Below are positions 1-17,602 of a stretch of 64,000 nt of DNA, piece by piece. The position numbers and the translations under genes were made by a program. The first letter of the stretch is position 1. Each line of letters begins with the position of its first letter. The stretch is from Amoebidium appalachense. Taxonomy: Eukaryota > Protista > Ichthyosporea. The notes under the pieces were generated by a model, which saw only the letters and a list, made by a program, of their open reading frames with translations, made no database searches and was not told the DNA's origin. The DNA lies in assembly GCA_963693365.1 (NCBI GenBank), contig CAVNZM010000010.1, forward strand, positions 682,001 to 746,000. Reading direction: 5' to 3'.

Positions 1-13
1 ACAACCACCCCCC

Positions 14-44
<31 letters not shown>

Positions 45-141
45 AAAAAAAAAAAAAAGAAAAAGAAAAGAACGGGGGACAAAAAAGGAGAACCCAACCA
101 ATATTGCATCTCACCAAACACACATCCCACCAATCACGTAC

Positions 142-5001
<4,860 letters not shown>

Positions 5002-6239
5002 GGTAAGGGTCACTACTCCTGGAAACACAAAAGGGTTAGTGCACCTTTCTTTGAACTGCGGATTTCTTCTTTTCAACACCTAAACACGTACCCACGGCCC
5101 CACATGCACCCACAGTAAACACTTACGTTAACCACAAAACTGCCATAACTGCCATAACAGAACAACAAGGGCCCAAGATAATAACATTGGAGCTATCAAG
5201 CTAAGCAAGCAAACAAGCACGCACACACATAAGCAAGCACAAAAAAATGCACGAAAGCACGCTTGCGCGCGCTCAGGCAGGCATGCCCTGGACAATTTCA
5301 CCGTTGCAGGTTCTCGCATTTGTTCACTACGACTGAAGGCGCGCAAACACGCAAGCACACTTTCAAACGCAACACATAATCAATAAAAGCGCCCGCAGAA
5401 CATTAGCACGTGTACGCACACTGCTGACAGGCGTGAGAAACCACCGCAAATTATACAAGAAAAGCACGCATGCACATGCAGCACACACAAACGCGAGAAT
5501 CAACTGGTTCGGTAAGAACCCTGAGGCAAAAAAGCACGTGCCGTAACACAAGCACGGCACATATCCCAGCGAGCTTCAAGCGATGTCAAAAAAACACCCA
5601 TTCCACACGACCGCCTATCAGACGGTTGAAGCCCAGGTACGCCAAGCCCGCCCATGCCACGCTGTCCATGAAGCATAATCTAGACTGAAGCTATAATAAA
5701 TGAGATAAATGGGGAGGAGTAAAACAGGAGCATGGTGAACACTCCGAACATATAGGTACCAAAGTAAGTGTGTGTCTTTTCCCAAAAATTCAAGAAAGTG
5801 ATAGCGTACACCCCAGACAAGCAATCAAGCTGCACAGAAAGGTTTACCCCCCAAAAACATAAAAAATTCACGTAAAATAGACGGACAGGCTTGTCATGTT
5901 CATGAGATTTACCTTGAACGCTGCACGGTGCCTAAAACGTCATTCTGGTTCTGTTGCTCTCCCCCTTCCCTGTCTCCAACCAGAAAAAACTCCCTTTCAA
6001 GCTACTCTACTACCAGCAGTTTCTACACACCCTCTTCACATGCCTGAGCCTCTCTCGACAACTATTTCTACACCCACTTTTCTATACATTGGTCAACGTG
6101 AAGTGCTCAATTAACATGCGTCGCTTTAGCCTTAAAAATGCCCCTCAAAAAACGGCGAGAGGGGCCGGCGTCTCGGCGCTTTTCAAAGCCAACTGCCTTG
6201 AGACCTCTGAGAGGTGACGACTGGGTAAAATGGGCTTCG

Positions 6240-6310
6240 TGGATACATGACGTAAATTTGACGTCATAGACGTGTGAAGCAAATAGTCTGCGCAGCCAAT
6301 GACGTAATAC
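6240..6310. promoter_or_regulatory. Putative divergent promoter with CRE-like and CCAAT motifs
   Basis: TGACGTAA 6248-6255, TGACGTCA 6259-6266, CCAAT 6296-6300 and TGACGTAA 6300-6307, in microsatellite-free DNA between the divergent SEL1 gene and channel gene. Confidence 0.45.
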
Positions 6311-7298
6311 ACTACGTTTCAGTGTCATCTCGGTTTGTTGTGAATTCTCACAAAGGTAAGCTGCTGAAGACTTTGTGTAAGAAGCTAATCAGAAATCGCA
6401 CAGATGAACCATATATGGCTAGTAATCTTATCGTCGTAATGCAGTGATTGGCCTAATGCGCACCGTGGAGATCCCCCAAGACGTATAGTTGTGGGAACAT
6501 TTTGAGTAGCAGTTTTGTTTTTTGCAACTAGCCCGCCGCAGCTGTTCAATACACTACTACAGGGAATTTATATATCAAAAAAACATCTATATAAAAATAA
6601 AGTTTGCTTTTAAGATATTAGTATCTCAAAAAATCATCTGCTGTACAGATGTAAGCGTTTTATTTTTCGAAAGCGCAAAAAATTTAGGGGGTAATCCTTC
6701 CGACATCGCTTGTGCCACACTGCTGGCGCAAACGTTGCGTACAGCGTTTTGCGACCTCCTGTCCGAGCGCTCTGTCCGAGCCAGTTTGGTTCGGCCAACG
6801 TTTGAAGCAACACCTACCTTCTTTTTACATACTATAAGTTCATTAGGTATATAAATGTTTCTAAGCATAATAACTACTAATATTATTAGAAGGATGTTTA
6901 GAGGATTTTTCACGGGCACTCTATTAAGTCATTTCAGGCCCTTCTATTGCTTCGGCCTTCTGGTCCTGTTAATCGTCTCCTGAGTCTCCTGATAGACTAA
7001 GTGCATCCTGGTACTTGCATCTGCCAACAGTCCCTGTAAGCTTTTCCACCAACATCAGCCTGCAGGGAACGGAGTTATGTACCCACACTTCAGAAACGGT
7101 GATAGTTTTTAGCGGGTTCTTCACTCTCAGAACCGATGCGGTAGTTAAGCACGACCTCCTTAATCGCACTCAGAATTTGCACCGATTCTCGCCACCTCAA
7201 GAGAGTCACAGCTGTAATTCCTGACACTTAAATAGCGACTGCCTCGTTTCTGTTCTTTCCTCGCCTTTATCTTGAAATGATTTAGAGTTCACAGAAAG

Positions 7299-7769
7299 AT
7301 GTCTATAAACGAAAGGCTGCGCCGAAGTGCGCAACTGCTACAAAAGGCCACACGGGCACTTGAAAACCAAACTAAAGATCTTGAACTGGCAACCGCTGAG
7401 GCAAAACATGGTTCACCTATTGTTGGCCACCTGTCTTCAACCTCCGGAGATGAACGTGAAGATGTAACCGAAAGCTGTGATCCCACGTCAGGAAACGAGC
7501 AAACAGGGGAAGAGTTAGACCAAACTGAAAGAAGGAAGTCGTCTCCCGATCCAACCGGGAAACATGCACGAAGGAGATGGAGGAACTTGGCCCATGCTGT
7601 TAAGGCAAAGAAGATTTTTAAGCAGCTTGGGAGGATACAGGGGCATGATGCAGTTCTCTGGTATCCAGGAACGCTTCCGTAAGTTTTCAACACCCTTTTA
7701 CCAGTATACAAGCTGGGGATCTGCATTAGCATGCATGCATGGACATACGTGTGTGTGAACATGCAGAGG

Positions 7770-7831
<62 letters not shown>

Positions 7832-8328
7832 ATACACTTGCACGTGCAGGACATGCACATACATCCATACACACACGCGCGCACGCGCGTGCGCACGCGC
7901 AAGCATACACGCACACACACACATACACACCCACACTCACTCACTCATCCACTCAGACGCTCACTCACTCACTCACTTTCACGTACACACAGCATGTACA
8001 ATGGTTTGAAACTTCCCTTTGCACAAACACGTGTTCACTAACTTATCCCACACTCACACGTGTGCTCATTCCTCTCCATCCCCCCGCCTCCTCCCGTACC
8101 CCCTACCCCCGCCCCCTTTCTCCTCCTCCTCCACTCGTGTACCCCCACGTTTTTGCTTTGCTTTCCTACCCTTATTACCGGCATACAGCATCCCTCTTCC
8201 CCCCCAGCCACACGCACACACAGACACACACAAACACACACACACACACACACACACACTCACTCACACTCACACCCACACTCACACTCACGCGACACAC
8301 GTGTGTGCGCGCACACACACACACACAG

Positions 8329-8365
<37 letters not shown>

Positions 8366-8404
8366 CGCACAAACACAAACACACACACACACACACACAC
8401 ACAT

Positions 8405-8480
<76 letters not shown>

Positions 8481-9193
8481 ACGCAACGTGGCACCTCGCC
8501 ATGATGCTGGTCACCTACTACTACGCCTTTGTCGTTCCTGTCAGGTTTTCCTTTGGTTTCGATCGCACCTCCCACCCAGTTTTCCTTTTTCTGGATTGCC
8601 TATGCGACGCTCTCCTTATTTTGAATATGTACCTTCAGTGTCGCACGGCATATGTCGAGCTGGGTGTTACCCACGACACCATCCCAGAAATTACGAAATA
8701 CTACAGGGAAAACACGCTCCGATTCGATCTGATTACGGCGATCCCGTGGGACACTTTAGCGTCTGTGGTGATTTATGTTCTCGGCGTCGACATCGACAGC
8801 ATCTTTTGGCTGTCGTGGAACATTGGAGGGGATTCCAGCGTGTTCTCTAGCGTTTTATTTTATCCTCTCAACGTGATTGGTTGGTTAACGGTCACTATAT
8901 TTGGCCTAATTTGGTACCGGTGGTTAAAGGTGTTGCGTCTCTCCAACGTATGGTGGTATTGTCAGAGCATAGCGACGTTTACATCACAGGTGAACACTGT
9001 TGAGCTCGTGAAACTGCTTCTGAACGTGATCCTAGTCGGCCATGTGATTGGCTGTGGGTATTATTTTGTCGTCCAATGGGAGGGCTTCGTGGGCAATGAT
9101 TGGTTGCCGGGTGAGGAGTTCCGCGACTCTCCGGTTTGGCGACAGGTATGTGTGTTGTTGATGTTGCTCTGTTGCCATCTTGCTTCATCAACC

Positions 9194-9228
<35 letters not shown>

Positions 9229-9770
9229 CCTTTACTCTTCCTGATGGTGGGCTCTGTTCAAGTGTCTTCTGCCTGCATGGTTTATTTGTACCATGTAATG
9301 GTTTGATTTTGGGTTTTTCATTTTTTGTGGCGCTTTGTATTGTGTCCACTGATGTCCTATATTTTTCAACCCTTTAATGCATAACACCCCCCCCCCCCCC
9401 CCCCCCAAACCCCCCCCCCCCCCCAACCCCCCCCCCCACCCCACCCACCCATCCACCCACCCACCCCCTTGGTACCGGCAACGTCGGGTCACACGCATGA
9501 GGTGAATGAGTTGAAAGTTGGGTCCAGTTGATGACTGCCCGACACCCTCCCCCCCCCCCCCCTTTCTCCCCTCGTTTTGCTTTCTGTTTGCCACCTTCTA
9601 ATGCTTACCGCCCCCCCCCCCCCCCCCCCCCCCCCATTCCCCAAAAGGATTGCTCTAATCTTTTCATCTCTAACACATAACTCCCCCTCTTCCTTCCTCC
9701 CCCCTCCCCCCCCCCCCCCTTCCAGAAAACACCCCCACCCACCGACGCACATACACACACACGCACACGC

Positions 9771-9817
<47 letters not shown>

Positions 9818-10674
9818 CCCCACTTACAGGTTCTCATGTCGTTCTACTGGGGGTTCTCAGCCCTCTCCGGCACCCTGACAACCGCTAACCCACCCGTCAC
9901 CATCACCGAGACCGTGTTCTCGTTTCTGATTGGCTGTGTGAGCATCAGCGTCTATGCACACACCATTGGGAATGTGGGGAAGATTATTAAGGCGGCAACT
10001 GCACTGCATGAGAAATACAGGTGGGTGGGTGGGTGGGTGGGTGGGTGGGTGGGTGGGTGGGTGGGTGGGTGGGTGGGTGGGGGGAGTGGGGATGGTGGGG
10101 TGTGTAGTGGGGGATTGGTTTTTGTTGTTGGTGGGGGGGGGGGGGGGGGAGGGGGTGTTAGGGGGTGTTAGGGAGGATGGATGAGGGGGAAGGGGGGGGG
10201 GGGGGGGGAGAGGGGGAGGTGTGTGCGGGTGTTTTTTGGGAGGGTTCCATACATGCGGAGACGTGTTCGTTTGGGGGGGTACCTCGTCCATGTGCACTCG
10301 TAGGAGCAGAAAACATGCCCATGGCAAGCACAGCATGGTCACATGCCTGTGACACCATCTGCACACACACAAGCACACAATACAGACACACATGTGCATA
10401 CATGCAGGCGTGAACAGGCCACACACAAACGTACAAGCATGTGCTGGGAACGCACTGACAGTTACATCGTGTTTTCCCACTCCAACACTGATACACAAGG
10501 GTGCGCGCATATAGCCATACACGTGCACAAGCAAATAAACACAGGCACAGACGCGTATTCACGCACACACGCGCACCTACAGGCACACGTACACGCATAC
10601 AAGCCACTTGGGTGCATTAATAAGCATTTTTCCACACACACACATTTGCACACAGGTACACACACACATGTACA

Positions 10675-10711
<37 letters not shown>

Positions 10712-10774
10712 CATACACAAGTGCACACACGTACACACACACACACACACATACACACACACACATTCACACAC

Positions 10775-10812
<38 letters not shown>

Positions 10813-10952
10813 TCACACACATCTACACGCACACACACATCCACACACATCTACGCACACGTACACGTACACCCGCATCTGCACACATACACGTACACGT
10901 ACACACACACACGTACATACACACACATAATACTGCACACACGTACACACAA

Positions 10953-10997
<45 letters not shown>

Positions 10998-11913
10998 ACA
11001 CACACACACACACATCCGCACACATACACACACACATCCACACACGTACACACACACACACGTGTACACACGTACAGGGCGCAGATGGAGCGCACCAACA
11101 GCTACATGGCCTATCGTCGCATACCCCAACACTTGCAGCAAAGGGTGCGGCAGTACTTTGAATATCTTCATAGCCGGCAGCAAGGGTATGAGGATGGTGC
11201 AATATTGCAGGATTTTCCCGCACACCTGAGACTGGAGATATACAGGCACCTGTGCAAGGTGTGTGTGTGTGGGGCGAGCGGGAAGGGAGGGGGGGGGGGG
11301 GGAGGGGGGGGGAGGGGGGGGAGGGGCTCGGAGAGGAGGGATGGGAGATGGAAGGGGGGGGGGGGGGGGGAGGGGGGGGGATAAGGCGGATGAGGCAGAT
11401 GGGGATGGGGAGGGAAGGGGGTTGGGATAAGAGGGGCAGGGAGGGGGGGGGGGGGAGGAAGGGGGGGGGGGGGGGGGGAGGGAGGGATGATTGGGAATAG
11501 AAGGGTGGGTGGGGGGTGGATGGGTGCATGTCTCCACCCCCCCCCCCCCCCCCCCCCCCCCCCTTCCCCACCAAACACACACACACACACAACCACCACC
11601 ACTGCCACCACACACACACATACATGCACACGCACACGAACACATATGCGCGCGTGCGTGCCCGCACACACACGTACACACACACACACACAGAAACACA
11701 CACACCTCGGTTAGAGAGCCGAAGCTCTTTTGTGAAGGCATAAGAGCCCCACTTTGGGGTTTGTTCAAGTGTCTTCTGCCTGCTTTTTTCTAATTTGTTC
11801 CATGTTTTGTGGTTTCTGTGACGTTTCATATTTTGTCCTTTGGTGTCTCCTCCATATTTTCAACCTCTAATGTAATGCATACACCCCCCCCCCCCCCCCC
11901 ACCCCCCAACCCA

Positions 11914-11947
<34 letters not shown>

Positions 11948-12863
11948 CCCCACAGGACATTGTCAAAAAGGTACCCCTGTTCAAACACAGCACCCAAGCC
12001 TTTATCGATCGCATGGTAGTCCTGCTAAAACCACGCATCTACTCCCCTGGCGACCACATCGTTCGCGTTGACGAAATCGGAAAGGAGATGTATTTTATCA
12101 GCGTCGGATCGGTACGCGTCGAAGACAGGCACTCCCAGTGGATTTGCGATCTCGGGATCGGAGATTTCTTTGGCGAGATCGCGGTGGTGACCCCAAATTC
12201 GACCCGTACGGCGTCTGTGATTGCGCAGACTTTCTGCGATGTTTTTGTGTTGAACAAGGCCGATCTTGACCAGATACTGGAGGAATTTCCCCAGGACGCG
12301 CACCAGATCAGCCATGTGGCTAGGCAGAGATTGCGCACGCTCAACCAGGTATGGTGCACTTTTCCCTCCTCTCTTCCTTATTTTTCTCTCTCTCTTTCTC
12401 TCTTTCTCTCTTTTTTTTTTTTTTTGCTGCCCTCCCCCCCTCCCCCCCCCCCCCTCCCCCTCCTTCCCCTCCTGTCCCCCCCCCCCCCCCCCCCTTCCTT
12501 CTCTTCCTGTCCCCCCCTTGCCTCCCCCCCCCCCCCCCCCCCCCGGCCCGCCCATGGAGGATGGGTTCTGTTGTGCACTACGCATATTGCTGATGTTGTG
12601 TACTTTAATGTGTGCTTTTGAATGTATTCTGCGCCATTTCTCGTCGTTTAGTTGCACTTTGTAAAGTGTTCCGCATTCTACCCCCCTTGTCCTCTGGTGT
12701 CTCCTCCATATTTCCAACCCTCTAACGCATACATCCCCCCTTCCCCCCCCCCCTCCCCCCCCCCCCCCCCTCCCCCCTTCCCCCCCTCAATAAGAAACAC
12801 TCGAACAGGCACACACACGAAGACACACACATGCGCGCACGCACGCACGCAAGCAGGCACGTG

Positions 12864-12958
<95 letters not shown>

Positions 12959-13861
12959 ACCAGCTGGCGCATGCAGCCAAAGCCGCCACGGCCATGCTTG
13001 CAAAACTCGCCGAAGTCCGACCCATGCCCCAACCCATCCCAACCTCAGCCCCTACCCGCTGCACACGCGGACGCGTACGACGTGCTCTTACCACAAACGT
13101 TGCACCTTTCCAATTAAACACACCACCAACTATTAGTTCACTCGACGAAAAACGAAGAAATACAACACCGGTGGTTGATATGGTAAGCGAAAGGGAATGG
13201 GGTGATGGCGAGAATAGCAACGCCGGATTTTTGGTGAAGAAAGCGATTGAAAAGGGGCGAATCGAAGAAACTATTACGGAAGAATTGGAGGACGAACGTA
13301 CACCCCTAAGCCCGAATTCACCGCGAGAGGAAATAACCAATGTAAAGACGCCGATAATTCATAGCCCTACACCCGCGCTCCAATCACTTGAATCTCTACT
13401 TACCCCTACTGAGGTTACGTCAAAATCACCAATCCAAGCGAGATTTCAATCGCGATCGCCGAGCCGCCCAATGTCTTCATCTTCCTCTGCAAACTTTTCG
13501 TTTTTGTCTCTCGGGCCACAAGTATCCGAAAAACTGGAAAAAATACTCAAGCACGAAAGTGCAAGCGAGCACACGAGTTCATTGGATGATTTGCACGATC
13601 GGAGGGATGGGAAGGGGAAACGAGACGATTTGATTGGGAGAATATCACGCCTGAACTCCCGCCCGAGTTCGCTGGGGCTGGGGCTGGGGTTGACTGACAA
13701 TGGTAACTCCAGACCGAATTCTATTGGTGGAAGTCCGGGCACACGATTGAGGAGCATGTCGCCTGGGAAACGGAATTCAAAGTATGTGGGTATTGCAGTT
13801 ACTAGGCTATACCCTACGCACGTGTGCTTTTTTTTTTGTTTGGGTGGGTGGGTGGGTGGGT

Positions 13862-13900
<39 letters not shown>

Positions 13901-14114
13901 CGTGCATGCGTGTGTGTGTGTGCGTGCATGCATGGGTGCGTCCGTGTGTATGTCTATGGTTAAGGGGGGGGGGGGGGGGGGGTATGTGTGTACAAGCATG
14001 TGTGTGTGTGTGTCTGTATTTGAATACTTATAAAGGGAGAAGGGGGGATGAGTTTTAGTGGAAGATGGAGGGGTTTGGCGTTGGTCGGTGCACGGGTGGA
14101 CGTGGTGAGTTTTT

Positions 14115-14145
<31 letters not shown>

Positions 14146-14680
14146 TTTTGGGGGGGGGGGGGGGGGGATAGTTTGCAGAATGCATCGATATTCATGGGTG
14201 TATTTTGGGCGAGAATATCCTGTTGTCTGGGAAAGGTTGCACCATGTATACGATACCCTACCCCCAAAACACAACATACACACGAGCACGCGCACATGTA
14301 TATGCTAGCACACGGCACACACACACACACACACACACACACATGCACACACACACACACACAAACACGCACACACACACACACACATGCACGCATACAC
14401 GCATACACACACACACACACATACACACACACACACACACACACAACGTACGCACATACACACGTACACATATACTAACATCCATTTTTCTCCCAGGGGC
14501 CGGGATTGGACTGCTCTCCCCCCACACCCATCCCTTCTACATAACGACAACATAGGAACCACGGCGAAAACCTGTGCGATTGATAGTCCGATCGTAGATT
14601 CCGGATCCGATTACGACCACGATTGCAACCATGACAACACAACCGGTGGTGCCAAGCATCGGCAGATATTTTTTGCGTAA
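7299..14680 (+). CDS. Cyclic nucleotide-binding-domain ion channel (CNG/HCN/KCNH superfamily), 939 aa
   Basis: Exons 7299-7678, 8479-9145, 9830-10020, 11078-11258, 11956-12348, 12958-13781, 14497-14680, all GT-AG and in phase. TM segments with [18 protein letters not shown]; S5 HVIGCGYY; pore helix SFYWGFSAL; S6 IGNVG; C-linker [30 protein letters not shown]; [39 protein letters not shown]. Confidence 0.93.
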
Positions 14681-14944
14681 AAAGAGCTTTACATACGCTC
14701 ACACCCTTTTTTTAGTTGTTGTTGGGAATAACTTTGGGAATCCATTTCTGCACCAATTGTGTGATTGCGTGGCTGCGGGTGCTGGCAAGGTCGGCCATTA
14801 AAGGAATCTTCTTTTCGGGTTCCGAGTAGGGTCAGAACCGAATGCTTCTATGCAATGTGATTGGCTGCTGCAGTTTTACAGTTTTACGCCATCGGTTTTT
14901 TCCCTATTTCGTTATTGACGTTGGGGTGGTAAGTGTTTTCTTCT

Positions 14945-14975
<31 letters not shown>

Positions 14976-14977
14976 GT

Positions 14978-15018
<41 letters not shown>

Positions 15019-15564
15019 GTCTCTTGTGGAAGGGCATATTCTGAGTTACGTACAGATGCGATTATAGCTGAGAATCATGCCTTTAAGTACGCATACTGCG
15101 TATGATCTAAAATTTAGCTTTATAAATTCATGAATGGTTAACGACGTTTCTGTTATGTGTATACTAGCAAGTGCACTTTAAAACTAGCCTTCATATGCTA
15201 ACAACTAGCTGGCACATGGCCCATTGTGATCGTTAGAATTGTATTCACCATCGAATGCCGTCGCCCGCGCCATTGCAATCTCGTTCTAATTAGATCAGTT
15301 TAAGCTTAGGCTCCGAAACTTCATATACTAAACTGCGGCAATTGAATGACAGGAATAATTCAAATTAAAAGTGACCATCAAATGAATGGATGTCTGTAAA
15401 GCCGGGCATCATGTGTTCCGGTGTGTGAAGCCTTGTGAGTAAACTATCCATCTGCATGACATATCAATGAGTCATTTATGCGGCTGTACAAGTGGGTGTG
15501 TGCATGTATGTATACCTGCATGTGTGTGTGTGCCGTTACAGTACACAGATAAGTGTACCCCCAT

Positions 15565-15599
<35 letters not shown>

Positions 15600-15643
15600 A
15601 CCACCACCACCACCACCACACATGCATATGGCGCACACACACA

Positions 15644-15674
<31 letters not shown>

Positions 15675-15761
15675 GAACGATGAAGAAATATATGAAAAGG
15701 AAATTTCGAACGAGTAAACCAAAAAAAGAAAGAAAAACACAGGAAGCTACGAGGCAACGTG

Positions 15762-15813
<52 letters not shown>

Positions 15814-16980
15814 ACCACCACCACCACCACCACCACCACCACCACCACCACCACCACCCACCCACCCACCCACCCACCCACACACACACCTGGACGGGCG
15901 GGTGCGCTCCCCCCACGGACCGGTTATTTCACGAGTACGAATCACTAGTACTGTGCTACTTCCCCACCTCCCTTCCCCTCCAATCCCAAACCGCGAACCC
16001 CATTTCCCCTCAAAACCAATCCCTCTCGAGACATTTTCATCCAAATACTGTAAACCATATGCCTGCAGAACCCGTCAAAAAATCAGTGAAGCCAAACTTG
16101 GTAGTTCTGCGATATCAGTATCCGGGGCAAAGCGCGGGGGTAGGGGGGTTTTGAATGCGGAACACGGCACGAAGTACGCATACACGACGAGAAGCATGGG
16201 CGGTGGGGGGGGGGGGGGGGGGGAGAGGTATGCGCTATTTATTGTCGACTGCGGCTTGTAAGCTGTGATCACATGAGGTGCACCCACCAAAGCCAACCTG
16301 AACAATACTTCCAGCCAACAATTGTACATATATTTTGAAAACGACCTCAAGAGATTAAGATCAAACGAGATAGAACACTTCTCCCAGGTAATTCAAGCTA
16401 AGAGTTCTTCTACTTCACTGTAAGCTTCTGCTGCCGTGGGCCCGTTAACGTTTGTACCCACTCAAGGATGACTGTGTGGAAAAAATGAAAAGGCGTCTGT
16501 TACCAGGTGTATAAATTTATCATTCGCTTCAGTTTCGTGTAAATATGCACATACAGTTAAACGACGTGCAACATAACGAGGAAGAAAACTATACAGGTAA
16601 AGAAAAGAAAAAACATACCACAATATCGGACTCGGCATAATGTGTTTCATGTGATAAGGTGCTGTGCTGGTGAGTGCCGGAAAAAAAAAACACTTATCAG
16701 CCAATACCTGTCACTTCAAAAACAACTTAGGAAAAAAAAATGGAAAGGGTGCACATGTACATAAGCTGCAGTGCATACCCCCCCCCCCCCCCCCCCCCCT
16801 CCCCAGTGTTATAATTTAATTCTCTAATGATCTTATTAGAAATATATTTATTTATTTATTTATGGGGGGGGGGGGGACACGAACACACACTACCACCAAC
16901 ACAAACAGCACGAGCACGCGTGATTGTACACATGCGCACAGCAGTGCACCCCCACCCATCCACCCACATATCTATCTACG

Positions 16981-17030
<50 letters not shown>

Positions 17031-17098
17031 ACACACACAAAAAAAAAAAAAGAGAGAAAAGGAGAGAGATAAAAGAATATATAGACTATCATCGACCG

Positions 17099-17602
17099 TT
17101 ATGGATACTGTGCCAACAAGAACTTGTTTCCATACATGTTTGTACGAGCCACCGCTCGAAACTTTGCAGCCAAGAAAACCTTCTCGCTGCGATAATCCTC
17201 ACAGAACGCGCTCATGTCAAACCCCTGCTCCTTCAATCCCTCCAACAGATCCCTTGCCAGCCCTTTGCGTAAATGTTGAGGGTGTGTAAAGATGAAATCA
17301 AGCACAAATGGCTTCTTGTGCTCTCGTAGTCCCGACTTCGGGCTGCATAGTTCCACCGACAAGCCCGGGACACGAGGAGCATTTTCAAGAAATCCTTTCA
17401 GAGGATTTGCTTGCACAGGATGTAGAAAGGCACAACTGAGCATGTTACCGTTGTCATTGATCCCAAATGCTTTGTGACCGTGTTCCGCAGCCCACCCTTC
17501 CACAAGCATCCGTTGCTCGGGGGTCATGAGAGAGATAAGGTTACTCCCTTGGCGGAGGTTTGAGAGGGTTGTTGCTGTGAACAGCCGCTTAGAAGCACTC
17601 AT
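17099..17602 (-). CDS. GNAT-family N-acetyltransferase, single exon, 167 aa from the first ATG
   Basis: Uninterrupted ORF with an acetyl-CoA-binding motif A-like segment VLDFIFTHPQHLRKGLARDLL and a motif B-like segment SEKVFLAAKF. Confidence 0.75.
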   Translation of the reverse strand: MSASKRLFTATTLSNLRQGSNLISLMTPEQRMLVEGWAAEHGHKAFGINDNGNMLSCAFLHPVQANPLKGFLENAPRVPGLSVELCSPKSGLREHKKPFVLDFIFTHPQHLRKGLARDLLEGLKEQGFDMSAFCEDYRSEKVFLAAKFRAVARTNMYGNKFLLAQYP

